From: the human T2T-CHM13v2.0 reference genome, Homo sapiens
Direction: 5' to 3' (one strand)
Assembly (NCBI RefSeq): GCF_009914755.1
Contig: NC_060925.1
DNA length: 64,000 nucleotides
The position numbers were made by a program, and so were the translations under genes. Position 1 is the first letter of the stretch, and each line of letters begins with the position of its first letter. Below are positions 40,816-60,786 of the stretch, one piece after another. Below the pieces are notes generated by a model. That model saw only the letters and a program-made list of their open reading frames with translations, had not been told where the DNA came from and searched no databases.

Positions 40816-42965
40816 GATGAGGAATCTCAGGACAAAGATCCTGAGGGAAGGGTGAGATATCAAATATGATGCCCTGTGATAATGAGGCTAGGCGAGTTAT
40901 CACCTACAGTCACTTGGGAAAAAATATCTAAAAGATAAAGTTTGAAGGCTTAGACTAGTTCTACCATGAAATAACATAATGGTTGTGAGGAATTCAAAAA
41001 CAGCAGTGTAAGGAGGCTCCTTCTGATGGCATTGGAAGAATAAAAGCAAAAAAAATGATAAGCCCAAGATATTAAAATATCATTTTAAAAAATGGATGTA
41101 AACGTAGGGACTTTATGTAAAGTTGTTGAAAATATCTCCTATATCTTGTACATACTGAACTGAGAGAGCCAAGATTTAAACTCAGTGTTTAATCACCAGT
41201 TGAATTCACAGTCATATCAGTCAGGATGAGCTGGGTTACACTGTAGTAACAAAATAACTCCATGATGTCAGTGGCTTAAAACTTAAGAATTTATTTCTCA
41301 CTTGTACTGCGTATCCATTGCAGGTTGGTTGGCAGTTCTGCTCTGCATCATCCTTACTGCAGGACCCAGCCTGGTGCAGCAGTGACTATCTGGGGCATTG
41401 CTGGTCATTGTGGCAAAGGGAAAGAAAGGAAGTGTGAGGAATTGTGCACTGGCTCTTAAGGCATCTAAAGGAAGTGAGAGAGGTCACATTTGCTCATATA
41501 TCTTTGGCTAAAGCAAGTCATATGTACTTTAGTAATTTCAAGGGGGCAAGAATGTACAATTCCATCCGGTATAAGAATTGAAAATTTTTGGTGCACAGCA
41601 AAAATGACTACTATCAGAATTTGCTATATTTCTTACATGAAAGTTAGTGCATCAATTAGGAAAAAGTAAACCCGAGGCATCAGAGTAATTCAAACCCCCA
41701 AACCCCTCTAAGTCCCCACTGAGCCTTTCTTGACAGAAAATGACACTTCTTTGTTATTCAGAAAGCTAGTTTGTTTTCATGCTGGTACATGCCCATGTAG
41801 CTTCATCTGAGGGAGTTCACATTGAGAAAAAAGTCAACAGTCTTGCTCATGCCCCACATATTTTCATCCATAAATCATTAATTAGAATTATACCCTGACA
41901 TGCCCCAGAGTCCAAAATCAATCTTGGAAAATGAAATTTTGCACAACAAAAGAATGGCAAGCAGGAAAATGCCAATGTTTGTTAATCCTAAAGTGGAAAA
42001 TATATGTGGGAATAGATTTTATGGACGCTTGGCCAAGGAGAGTGCAGCATGATTTTAGTTTTACTGAATTTGTCAATGTGGTTAATGTACCAGAGATTCT
42101 GTATAAAATAGACTAGCTAAGTTGATTGTAACAGTTATTTTTGTCTTAGTTAACACACACACACAAATTGAAACATGCAAATGCATTCAGGTGTCAAAGA
42201 AAGTTGACATGTTAGAATAATAGAAATGTTTAACTTTAGAAATTATAGACATAGTCAAATCTAAAGGGTCTAGAGGATAGCCTATTCAGCAAACACCTGA
42301 AATACATATTGAAGAAAACACAAGTATCTTTAAAACAACTGTTTGAATACATCTGTTTAAAATACTGTTCTCTCTAGTCCAGAAATTCTGTTATGAAATA
42401 CTTAATTTACAGTGAGCAGTACCATGGGAGTGGGACAGAGCAGGCAAGACCTTCACATCACAGGCAGTGGTTTGGCATGATCATCAGACTGGCCTGCCTG
42501 GAAAAACTATCTGCCTCCTTCTAATTGATTGTGGATGAGTTCCCTAGGAAAAAATTGGGAGTAGAGCAACCACATAACATAAAAGAAACAAAAACTCCAG
42601 GTCTAACAAACAAGCCTTAAGCCATGAAAAGAAAAAAGTCGTGATCAGATCCCTTAGCCAATTCCTAAAATTACTTGTTTACAGGATCAGATTCCCTTGA
42701 ATGAAAGGAAGGCCAGACAACCTTGATACTAGATTCTGCTGTAACACTAAGAGAACATCTGGAAGATGTCAAGGTATCCCCACCAAAGGGAAAAACAATT
42801 TACAATACTTTGGGCCTTGTACCACTGAGAAAGAGTCCCAACACTTGATATGCCTTGGAATGAGCATATACCCACCTGTGTATCCTGCTTTTGCCATTTG
42901 CCAGGTGACTGGAAAGACTTCTGGTTTTGATTGAGGCCCATGGCAAGAAAAGATGCCCTAGCCAA
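40816..42965 (+). mobile_element. ERVL internal relic (gag and pol fragments)
   Basis: gag-like cagttgaattcacag...aaagttagtgcatcaattaggaaaaag; pol-like accactgagaaagagtcccaacacttg...ccatttgccaggtgactggaaagacttctggttttgattgaggccc. Confidence 0.65.
41214..41613 (-). mobile_element. MLT1H/I-like LTR inserted in ERVL gag
   Basis: tcagtcaggatgagctgggttacactgtagtaacaaa...cagtggcttaaa...tttggctaaagcaagtcatatg. Confidence 0.75.
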
Positions 42966-44699
42966 AAAAAAGCATAACATGGTACTGAGCTATTAGTAAC
43001 ATATGCTCATGGCTAGAACAGAGCTAAGAGTGAAAAGAGGAAATGAGTGGGTTATAAACAGTGTAAGACAGTATGAACAATTACATGTGCATATAATTTT
43101 TTTTTCTGGAAACACTGGCAGAAATCTCCCCATATTAGAAGATTGGAAGCACATGTTCTCTAAATTGGGAGTTCATAAGAATAATGACCTTAATTCCTGA
43201 ATTTTTTTCTGATGAATGGAGAATTAGAGCCATTTGTCTACTCTGAAATAGAAAAGTCCATTAAAAGGAGAGGCTGAATATAGTGGTTTGAACTTTTCAA
43301 TAGTCCCACAATTCCATGTAACTTTCATACAAGTTTTAGCTTATCATCTTGTCTGTTTCCAGCTAGTAAATTCTGTTACTAAGTGTGAATGTTCAGGTAT
43401 AAAAATTCCTTTATCTTGGGATATTACGTTCTCAATATAGATCACTAGTGTGGTGCACATAGAAATGCCTTTAGCTTAATGTTTCACAATTCTTAACTGT
43501 TCAGTTTAGTTATTGTTTTAGCTATATTTGAGATTTTACTGAGTTTATTTGTATTTTTCTGATGTATCATTGTTAATTTAGGGTTTTTCTAGTTACTTTT
43601 TGAGCCATAGGATATACTTTTGGCTCATTAGGCATTCATGTCCATTCTCTTTTTTGGTCACAATGTTTTTTTTTTTTTTTTGCATTGAATTATTCCCTTT
43701 AACATTTAAAAAAGTTACATGGGTTATCCTGTTATTTAGGGTATGTAAGATATGTAAGTAGCATATATAATTTTTCTTATTAAACATTAATGACATTTTA
43801 ATTAAAATAGAAGTAACAAAGATTTTTGTCTCAATGTATAGCAGTGATATTTTATTCATATTTACAATGAAAAGTAATGTCGAATTTATCAGACTCTATG
43901 ACAGAAATATTTCTGGGAAAACAATGGTAGGATTTCTGAGACATTATTTTAAGGACAGTTAACCTGGACTTTTTGTTTTTGTTTGTTTTGCTTTTAAGAG
44001 ACAATGATCATGTGTATCGGAGGGAGTAATAGTATGTTGTTGATGTGTGGGTGTTTTATGATCATGCTTCACTTGAATTCTCTTCCCTGTTTCATTCCAC
44101 TTCTTGGAATTCTTCTATTTACTTATGAGAAGAGTGAGTTTCTAAGAGCTATTTTGAGAAGGGCGATGAATGAGTGTGGAATGAATCAAGGGTAATTGAC
44201 ATGCTTGGCATATAAGTTTGTAGAGACAAAACTTTCATTCCAGACAAATGACCAGGTTTGCCATATGAAGTGGACAGCAGATAGTATACTGTCATTAGCA
44301 AAGGTTTACTTTCAATACATAAGATGCCATGGAAGGCACAAGAGAGAAGGATTTATATAATTTTAAAAAGGAAAAATATATCTAGATGGACTATGTAAAC
44401 AATGACTATAAGCAAAGCACAGGGATTTGAATCCTCAGGATGAAAGGGGGAGGAACAGAAGCCTTCAGTATGAACTGGCTTCACGTCAGAGCATCTAAGA
44501 CAATCAACGATTTCTCACTGAAGATTAACCTCGTTAGCATTTCTCATGCCATTTTATTCAGAAAAGTTTGTCTACTCAAATTTGACTCACATCGTAAATT
44601 CTCTGCCTTTTAACTCACCTAAGCTTCAGTATTTGCAGGGTCTGAGAATGGGGAAAGGGAACTAGGTAGGCAAAACTAGAAACTTTACCCATCAGGTAA

Positions 44700-45340
44700 C
44701 CATTCATTCATTCATTCAATATTTATTGAGCATTCCCCTCATTTCCAGTGTTGTGCTCATTGCTGGACAGCCAGAAGTGAACAAGCCACACTCATCTCTG
44801 CCCTCCTGGAAGTCAGACAAATAGTACTTTACAATAATTTAATTATAAGTCAGATTAATGTTCAAAAATACAGATGTTGGGTTGCTTGGAAACAGTGGAA
44901 TCTATCCTAGAAGTTCAGGGCCATCTGCAGGGAGTAAAATATATATTAAGAGCTGAATGGGGAGTTAGACTTAGGCAGGTAAAGAGTAGAAGGGGAGGGG
45001 TAGTCAAGGGCAGTGGAGGGAGGAGGGCCAATGAGTTTTAAGGAGAGGAAACATATGTAAGACATAAGACTAGAAAGCACAATGAGTGTAAAGAAAGAAT
45101 GAAGATCCATATTACTGGCACATCACATTTGAGGGAACTAGTGGTAGGAGCTGAGTCTGGATAGGAAGGCAAGGTCCAGATCAAGGAGGGCTTTATAAGC
45201 CAAGTCAAAGAATTTGCACCTTATTTAAAGGCTGTGAAAGACCATTGAAGGGTACACGTTAGGTAGTGGGGCAGAAGGATACTAGATTGAGGTCAGAAAG
45301 AAGGCTCTGGCTACAATATGTAGAACAGGCTTGGAGAACA
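44700..45340 (-). mobile_element. L2 3' end
   Basis: cattcattcattcattcaatatttattgagca...tctgccctcctgga...gaccattgaaggg. Confidence 0.85.
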
Positions 45341-45509
45341 TTTAGACTGACCAAACTTAAATCCACTTAATTTCAAGGCAAAGCTCACCTGGGAAAGGTT
45401 GGAATCCCTTGCAGAGCCCTATAAATTTCTCCAAGTTCAGAGTGGCAGAATTGAGGGTGAGGATGGGTCATGAGGAACTGGGAGGCAGCAAAACGCAGTG
45501 CTTCAGATA

Positions 45510-45701
45510 GGATCTCCCTATATGTTGTTTGCTTATTTTCTCTTGCTGCTTTCAGGATCCTCCCTTTGTCTTTGACCTTTGTGAGTCTGATTATAATATA
45601 CCTTCATTTATTCTTATTTGGGTTGATTCTGATTGATTGACCTTCCTGTGCTTAAATATTTATATCTTTCTGTTATTATTATTATGACTATTATTTTTTA
45701 G
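45510..45701 (-). repeat. Displaced copy of L1M ORF1/Alu-tail junction (paralog of 46684-46901)
   Basis: Both copies begin ggatctccctatatgtt and end tattattat(g/t)actattattttt(t)ag. Confidence 0.8.
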
Positions 45702-46064
45702 TTAGGAAGTACATTTGGTGAGACCCACAAGAGCAGAAGACTTCAGTGCTTCCCCTTCAGTTGCTCTAGGCCAGCAGTTCTCAATCTTGGATGCACATTA
45801 GAATTCCTTCTGAATCTTTATGAAAATATTGATTCCTGTAACTTATTTCTGGACTGATGAATCATAATCATGAAAAACTCATGAAATTTTAATGAAAGAA
45901 GGATTAAAAACTACCATGAGACTAGTGAAGAGAGGACACAAGCAAAACAGGAGGAAAGGAAGTAGAAATTCAGTGGCTTTTTCATTGGGGGCACTGAGAA
46001 AGGGGAAGAAAGTCTGAAAATATTGGGACTATTACATAGACTTGCAGAAGAAAGAGGCCATTTA

Positions 46065-46875
46065 TCTCAAGTTTAAGTTCCATTGTTACTCTTATTGTCT
46101 ATCCCTACCAATATTTCTTATATTATAAACCTGTTTTATATTTTATCAATATGACTCAGTTTTCTTGTGATTAGCATTTGCCTAGTACATCTTCATCTGT
46201 TTACTTTTACAAACTAATGACAATAAAAATTCCTTTACACAACAACTCCCTTCTCCCCTCACATTTTGAATTTTTGATGTCATAATTTACATTTTATATT
46301 GCCAATCTCTTAACAAATCATTGTAGTCATTAGTATTTTTAACAGTTTTATCTTTTGGTCTTCTTAGTAAAAATATTAGTGGTTTACACATCATGATTAC
46401 AATATCAGTGTAACAATCATGGTAGCATCCTTTTATTTTGGTTTGAAGAATTCCCTTTATTGTTTATTTTAGAACAAGTCTGGTAGTAATAAATTCCCTT
46501 AGCTTTTTTTGAGAAAGTCCTTATCTCACTTTTATTCCGGATGGATAGTTTTGTTGGCTACAGTATTCTTGGTTTGCAGGGTTTTTTGTTTGTTTGTTTG
46601 TTTTCCTTCAGCACTCTGAATATATTGTCCCACCCACTCCTGGCTTCTCAGGTTTTGCTGAATAGTCTGCTGTCAGGTGTATTGGATCTCCCTATATGTT
46701 AACTTGCTTATTTTTTCTTGCTGCTTTCAGAATCCTCTTTGTCTCTGATGTGTGAGTTTGAGTACAATATACCTTTGGGTATTCTTATTTGGGTATTCTC
46801 ATTGGGTATTCTGATTGATGACCTTTGACCTTCCTGTACTTAAATATTTATATCTTTTTCTAGGTTTGGAAAGTT
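46065..46875 (-). mobile_element. Old L1M ORF1/inter-ORF fragment
   Basis: tgaagaattcccttta...gtctggtagtaataaattcccttagc...ggctacagtattcttgg...ccttcagcactctgaatat. Confidence 0.8.
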
Positions 46876-53447
<6,572 letters not shown>

Positions 53448-54784
53448 ATGTTTTTCCCTCAGTGTTTTTGATGCTTATGGATGTGTGACAATGTCTGTAC
53501 ATTGAGGGATTAGGTATTTATTTTAGTCTTCACCATCCAGCTTTGTGCCTGCTTTTCTTTTCAGAGGGCCTTCCATGGTTCTAAGCAGACTGATGGTTGT
53601 GTTCCCTGAGCCTGTGACCAATGCAGCTGTCTCAGCAAAAGGAAACACTCTTAGCTTGCCACAAGTCTCACAAGGACTCTGTGGTTGATATGGCTTTCCA
53701 GCACAGATGGACCGGGGAAGACTCAAGGAATGTACTGGGCCTGTAAGGGAATACTGTTCACGGACCTGAGTCTCAAAAACTATACCAATGGCCCAGCAGG
53801 CATGCCTCTCAGCAGGTCTCTGCACTGGCAGGATGGGTCTCAGGCTGTAGCTAGAGGGGCTGGAGTTGAGATTGGCCCCTTCAGGATCTGCTGTGGGGAG
53901 GAGCCTAGTTGGCCTGTCTTACTGGCTTACATGAGTGTGCATCACCCAGCAGATACCTGCACAAGCATGTGCAGTAGGAAGAGCTGGAGCTGAGACTGGG
54001 CCCTTTGGGATCTATTGTGGAATGGAGGCTGCCTTGTCTATCACATTGTCTTAGACAAGTCTTTGCCTCTCAGCAGGTCCCTGCACAGACAGGATAGTTG
54101 CCAGACTGCAGTAAGAGGGGCTGTAACTGAGGCTGGGCCCTCTTCAGATTTGTTGTGAGATGGAGGCTGGAGAGCTCAGTCTCCTTGGCTCAGAGGGGCA
54201 CACACATCTCCCAGGAGGACCCTGACGAGGCCAGATAGTTCGTCAACTGCAGCAAGACAGGCTGGAGCTGAGAATGGGCCACTTCAGGATCAGCTGTGGG
54301 CTGGAGGTTGGTGACGTTGTCAGGCTCCCTCTGCATCCTTGTGTGAGCAGCTCTGAGCTGGGATCTCATCTTAGTGGGATTAGAGCAGAGCCATGAGCTA
54401 ACTTTCAGGTTCACTGCTGAGACCTCTGTCAGAGGGCAGACAAGCCTTTACGTCAAGGCACCAGTGTGCAAGATTCGTTCTGGAGTCCTTAACAGATTGG
54501 TTTTGGTTCCAGGCTTAAGGCCAAATGGGGCTGTAGCTAAGCTCCTTAAAGGACTGGGCCAATTCCAGGCTTGAACTTTGGAGCAAGATTGCCAGATTAG
54601 CTACCTGGGTGTTGGTGTGCATTCTCTAAACCACCCTCCTAAGTCTTGGGCTCCACCAGGGTTTCATAGACTTTTACTCAAAGCCTAAGATTCCTGCAGA
54701 GACACTTTTGACCATAGATTGGTGCAGAATTCTTGTTGTTGTTGGGGGATATAAGTGGGTTACCTTCTATTTTGCTGTCTTGCT
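53448..54784 (-). mobile_element. Old L1M (L1MA-era) 5'UTR with tandem monomers
   Basis: cattgagggattaggtatttattttagtcttcac and terminal ttctattttgctgtcttgct motifs of L1M 5' ends; four degenerate 125-140 bp repeats. Confidence 0.7.
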
Positions 54785-54792
54785 ATTCAAAC

Positions 54793-55013
54793 TTTTTTTT
54801 TTTTTTTTTTTTTCAGACAGCGTCCCACTCTGTCACCCAGGCTGGAGTTCAGTGGTGTGATCTTGTCTCACTGAAACCTCCGCCTCCCAGGTTCAAGAAA
54901 TTCTCCTACCTCAGCCTCCCGAGTAGCTGAGATTACAGGTGCCCACCACCATGCCCAGCTAATTTTTGTATTTTTAGTAGAAATGGGGTTTTACCATGTT
55001 GGCTAGGCTGGTC
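54793..55013 (-). mobile_element. 5'-truncated AluS
   Basis: Perfect 11-bp TSD gctattcaaac at 54782-54792 and 55014-55024. Confidence 0.95.
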
Positions 55014-55029
55014 GCTATTCAAACATTTT

Positions 55030-56200
55030 TTTTAAAGACAGCATCTTGAAAATAAAAAAGGTCTCACCTCCCAGAGTAAGTGAGATATACTTTAATTGGT
55101 ATTCAGAACCTACCAAAGAAAAAATCATGAACACATTCTCTCCAAGACACTGTTTAAATTGGTAAAGGAAAACAAAGATTTAAAATTAAAATCTTCAGAA
55201 GAAAGTCCACCTTCAACATCCTTCTTATGGCCCTCTTTGGCAGGACTCCTGTTTGCAGACTCAAAAATTTCTCCCCTCTCTCCTCTACAGCTACCTAAGC
55301 AGCTGAACCTAAACTTGTTCTACAAACCCCTAAATTGACCATCCCCCACAGTGGCCTTTCCTACTCCTGCTCTAATTCTCGCATATCTTTTTAAATACTG
55401 CTCAAACAACAAAGGGAATTTACCGGTGGTAGGTGGTATCTTACACCTTCTAGTTTTATTTCGAGTTGGGCATGATAGCCAAATAATTTCCCAGGGTGAC
55501 TGAGGAAACCCTAAGATTTGCTGAGGAATTCACAATGGTGCGCATAACTTATGTCCCTGGATTTTCTGATTTATACTGGCTAATAGCTTTGCTTGTAGGG
55601 CTACAATGAGCAAGCTATTGGGCAAAAATAGCAAGATGAAAAAATCCTTCTGATGATTTAAATTTAAATCTTCCCCAAGATACAAAAAAAACTTAAAAAT
55701 TTGCTGACGAAATAATTAAAGCTATTCCCACAGCTTTACTAAAGCCAGTGGTTTAGAATATAATTCAGGGTGGCACTCAGAGAGGGCAAATGAGCTCGTG
55801 ATTATTATAATAGACTAGAGGTATATTCAAAGAAAATTCTTGTCTCACAAAAAAGAGTGATGCCACTAAAGTAAGCTCCATGTTTGTCAATAGTGTTGAT
55901 GAAGATTTAGCCATATTGGCTAAAAGAGCATAGCTAAGTTGAGAAACCATAAATACTTGGTAAGTTTGGCTAATCAATTATCTCAAACCTTAAATAAGGC
56001 CCATCAATCAAAAGCTAAATGGATAATGAATTTATAGCTGCAATAATTAACCAGTAATACAGGCTCTCAGAATTCTTCTAAAGGAGTCTGAAACTATTGC
56101 AAAAAGTCTGGACATTAGGTTAAAGATTGCAAAATATTAAAGGCCAAACTGACATCTAAAATTACTTCCAAACCCTTAGATTCCCCATTAAAAGACCAAG
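55030..56200 (+). pseudogene. gag: ERV gag relic
   Basis: About 55490-55600 translates as FPRVTEETLRFAEEFTMVRITYVPGFSDLYWLIALLVG (capsid N-terminal motif of MER4-group ERVs); many stops elsewhere. Confidence 0.7.
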
Positions 56201-56790
56201 AAGACTAGGAATGACAGGGATCCAAAAAAAAAAAGTCTTTCCCTGTAATACCTTTGAGTTCTGAAGGCTAAGTATCACCACTAGCAAATAATAAAAAAGT
56301 TTTCATGCTTATTGACACTAGAGCAACCCTATCAGTCTTAAACCCCACCACAATTAATTGTCTGTTGCCTTGGACTGCAATAACTTCCCATGGCAGAAGT
56401 CTCAGATACTACCAGTTAAACACCATTATCTATTCCTTTGCCCATGAAACTACAAAATTTATGTCTTGATTATTTATTTTTACTAGTACCCCATGCACCA
56501 GCATACCTGATGAGTAGGGAACTTCTAATTAAAATAAAAGCTGCTATCCTGTTCTCAAGAGGAGGAACTTAGTCTGTCTTACTCAGAATTCTCAATCTTA
56601 CCAGAAGAACCAGAAGCTTTCTATAAAATGATTACTACATAACTTTCTAAGTTAGCTACTGGACCCTGTACTTATCTTCAGTCCCAGATGTCCCCTGGGC
56701 AACAGATAATGCAGACATTATATTGACTAAATCAGATGAGCCCATAGGTGTCCAGTTAGATCTTAAAAGGCCTTTTCCCTCTCTTTCTCA

Positions 56791-57600
<810 letters not shown>

Positions 57601-58401
57601 TTAGTGTGTTCTCCTTTATATTACTAATCTTTTTAGCTGAACATGGACATAAAGTGAGTAAGAAAATACTAGAAATAACACAACCATCATTTAAGTTTCT
57701 AGGAGATTTAATATCTGCTAAAGGAAAGTGATTAGACCCAGAAAGAATAAAAGGGGTCCAGCAATTCCGCAAACCTAAAACTTCTCAATTGTTACGAGAT
57801 TTCTTGGGATTGGTTGGATATTGCTGGTAACGGATACCCGAGTTTTCTGTTTTAGCTAAATCCCTTCATTAAAGGGAAGTCCTGATAAATAAAATGAATA
57901 ACAGAGATAGAGGAAGTTTTTAAAAATTTTTTAAAAACATCATTCTGCTTTCCCCCTACTTTGGGATATCCTAACTATGATTTAGAATTTAATTAATATG
58001 TGTATAAAAAGTAGGGGCATGCTTTCGGTATTCTAACCTAGAAACATGGCAATAGCCAGAGACCTCTTGACTATTTCTCTGAGAAACTTGATCCACTTGC
58101 TCAGTCCTTTCTATCCTCTCTCTGATACTATCTCTGCCACTTACCTTATGGTCAAGGCAGTATCAGAGAGCATTTTGCATAAGTCTTAAACCTTTATGTT
58201 CCACATTTTGTTGAGACTCTCTTAAATTCCCAACATACTCATAATCTATCTACAAGCCCCCTCACACAATGAGTTTACTTTTCTCTCATCACATAATATA
58301 AAATTCTTTAAAACCACCAGTCTTAATACTGCTGATGTTTAACCATTGGGATTACAAGCCTTTTAGAATGTGATTGTGCAGCCTATACCAATCACATAAC
58401 C

Positions 58402-58839
58402 TGTATTAGGGTTCTCTAGAGGGACAGAACTAATAGGATAGATTCATATATAATGGGAAGTTTATTAAGGAGTATTGACTCACATGATCACCAGGTGAGG
58501 TCCCATAATAAGCTATCTGCAAGCTAAGGAAAAGGAAGCCAGTCGGAATTCCAAAGCTGAAGTCCTATGTTCGAGGGCAGGAAGCATCCAGCATGGGAGA
58601 AAGATGTAGGGTGGGAGACTAAGCCAGCCTAGTCTTTTCACATTATTCTGCCTGCTTTTATTCTGATCATGCTGGCAGCTGATTAGATGGTGCCCACCCA
58701 GATTGAGGGTGGGTCTGCCTTTCCCAGTCCACTGACTCAAATGTTAATCTCCTTTGGCAACACCCTCACAGACACACCCAGGAACAATACTTTGCATCCT
58801 TCAATCCAATCAAGTTGACACTCAATATTAACCATCGCA
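58402..58839 (-). mobile_element. MLT2A1-like (HERV-L) solo LTR inserted in pol
   Basis: tgtattagggttctctagagggacagaactaatagga...caagttgacactcaatattaaccatcgca; 5-bp TSD taacc. Confidence 0.93.
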
Positions 58840-60786
58840 TAACCATATCAAGACCTGATTTAAAATAATTACAGTTTAAAAAATGCTGATTTTGGATGGT
58901 TTACAAATGGCTTCTGACTTAAAAAACAAGGATGGAGATTTACAAACCAGGTATGCTATAGCCTCAAAAGAACATGAAGTTGATGGTGGGACTCTTCCTT
59001 CATATATGAGTGTTTAGCAAGCTAAATTATAGGCAATAATTTGGGCCTGCACTCTGGCCAGAAAACACACTGTAAAAAAAAAATATATATATATACATAT
59101 ACATATACACACACAGATAGTTGACAGACTTTTGGTGTTGACCATAATTTTGGAATGCTTTGGAAACAGAGAGGTCTCTCTCTCTCTCTCTCTCACTCTC
59201 TCTGTCTCTTATGGTCTTGTCTGAATAGAGAGGTTTTTAACTTCATCCAGACATCACATAAAAAATGGTGCTCTAGTTAATGAATTACTAAATGCCATTC
59301 AATTACCTAAGAAAATGGCTATAAATAAGGTGCCAGCCCACTGCACTAAAGATACTAAAGAGGCAAAAGGAAATGCATTAGCTGATCATAGGAGCAGCTA
59401 TGACTCCTGGTTTTGTTATAAACTAAGTGTAAATGTATGCCCCATGACCTCCCTGGCATCCTCTCTCATTATGCCCCCTGAGGAATCCATGGAAACTATA
59501 ACAAGACATACACAACAACATGCATTTGTCAGTTAGATTAATAAATGAAAGAACAAGACTACTATTTAAATACACAAAAGGATCTCTGGAAAGGTCTCAG
59601 TGAAAAAACCTATATTACCTAAAACGTTATCAAAGTGTTTGTTAGAAAAACTCCATGATTTAGCTCACTGGACAGATGATAAAATGTTTGCATAAACAAA
59701 ACAATATTGGTGGGGAAAATTCTGTTCTGAGGCAGAACAGGTAAGTAACACATGTACAACGTGTCCAAAGTTTAACCTGGGAAAACCCATAAAAGTTTCA
59801 AGGGGAAAATTTGACCTACTAGAAGCCCTCTTTGAAGTATTTCCGTTGTATTTTATCCAGTTACCTCCCTTTTGAGATTACAAATATGTTTTGGTTATGG
59901 TCTGCATGTATTCAAATTGGGCAGAAGCCTTCTCTTGTCATCAAGCAACTGCCATGGCAGTAGTGAAAGTGTTACTAGAAAAAATAACGCCTCTTTGAGG
60001 TGTTTCTAAAGAGTTACACAGAAACCAGCATACACATTTCATGAGACAGAGTCTCCAATTCCAACTATAGGCAAGGCATAACCTACATTTTAGTACTTTC
60101 ATTGTGCATACAATCTTCAGGATTCATTTAAAGAACTAATGGAATAGTAAAAACCCAATTGGGAAAATATATGTATGATTAAATTGCCTTGCCAAACTGT
60201 TTACCATTAGTATTGATGAATCTGAGAGCTATCCCCTTAAAAAAACATCACCTAGCCTCTTATGAGATAGTTATAGGCATACCTATGCCATCACCCTTAG
60301 TTCGTTCTGACTCCATCCTTATTAAAGAACCAGTACTTCAGTAATGCAAAGGACTAATCACCCAAGTGAATTGTAACTATCAACTTGTAAATGATGCTTT
60401 ATGAAAGAGCTTCTAGGAGATGATGACACACTACATCATATCTAATCAGGAGACTTTGTTTATAAGAAGTACTTTATATCCAAACCTTCTCTGGAAACTT
60501 GATGAGATGAAGTTTATCAAGTGTTGTTAACTAATCTTTGTATTTCCAAATTACAGAAAATAAACTCCTGGATCCATATTTCACACCTTAAGAAAGCACT
60601 CCAACCCCCAAGGGCATCAACTTCAACAGGAAAACTGACCCTTCAACTTACCAAATCTTTGAAGTGACTAGTTGTATAGTACAACAAGCAGAAAATTTGC
60701 TATGGAGGTTGTGTTAACTGTTGACATTTATGTGAGATTTTTGCTGCATATTTGTTAGAAAAGGCTCAACAAAATTATAATAAACA

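Noticed and set aside
44478-44490. TCACGTCA (CRE/UPRE-like) motif
   Set aside because: Single short motif with no supporting context
53790-54310. Regularly spaced repeats resembling a CRISPR array
   Set aside because: Units are degenerate along their whole length with no unique spacers, lie in a mammalian L1 5'UTR, and there are no cas genes
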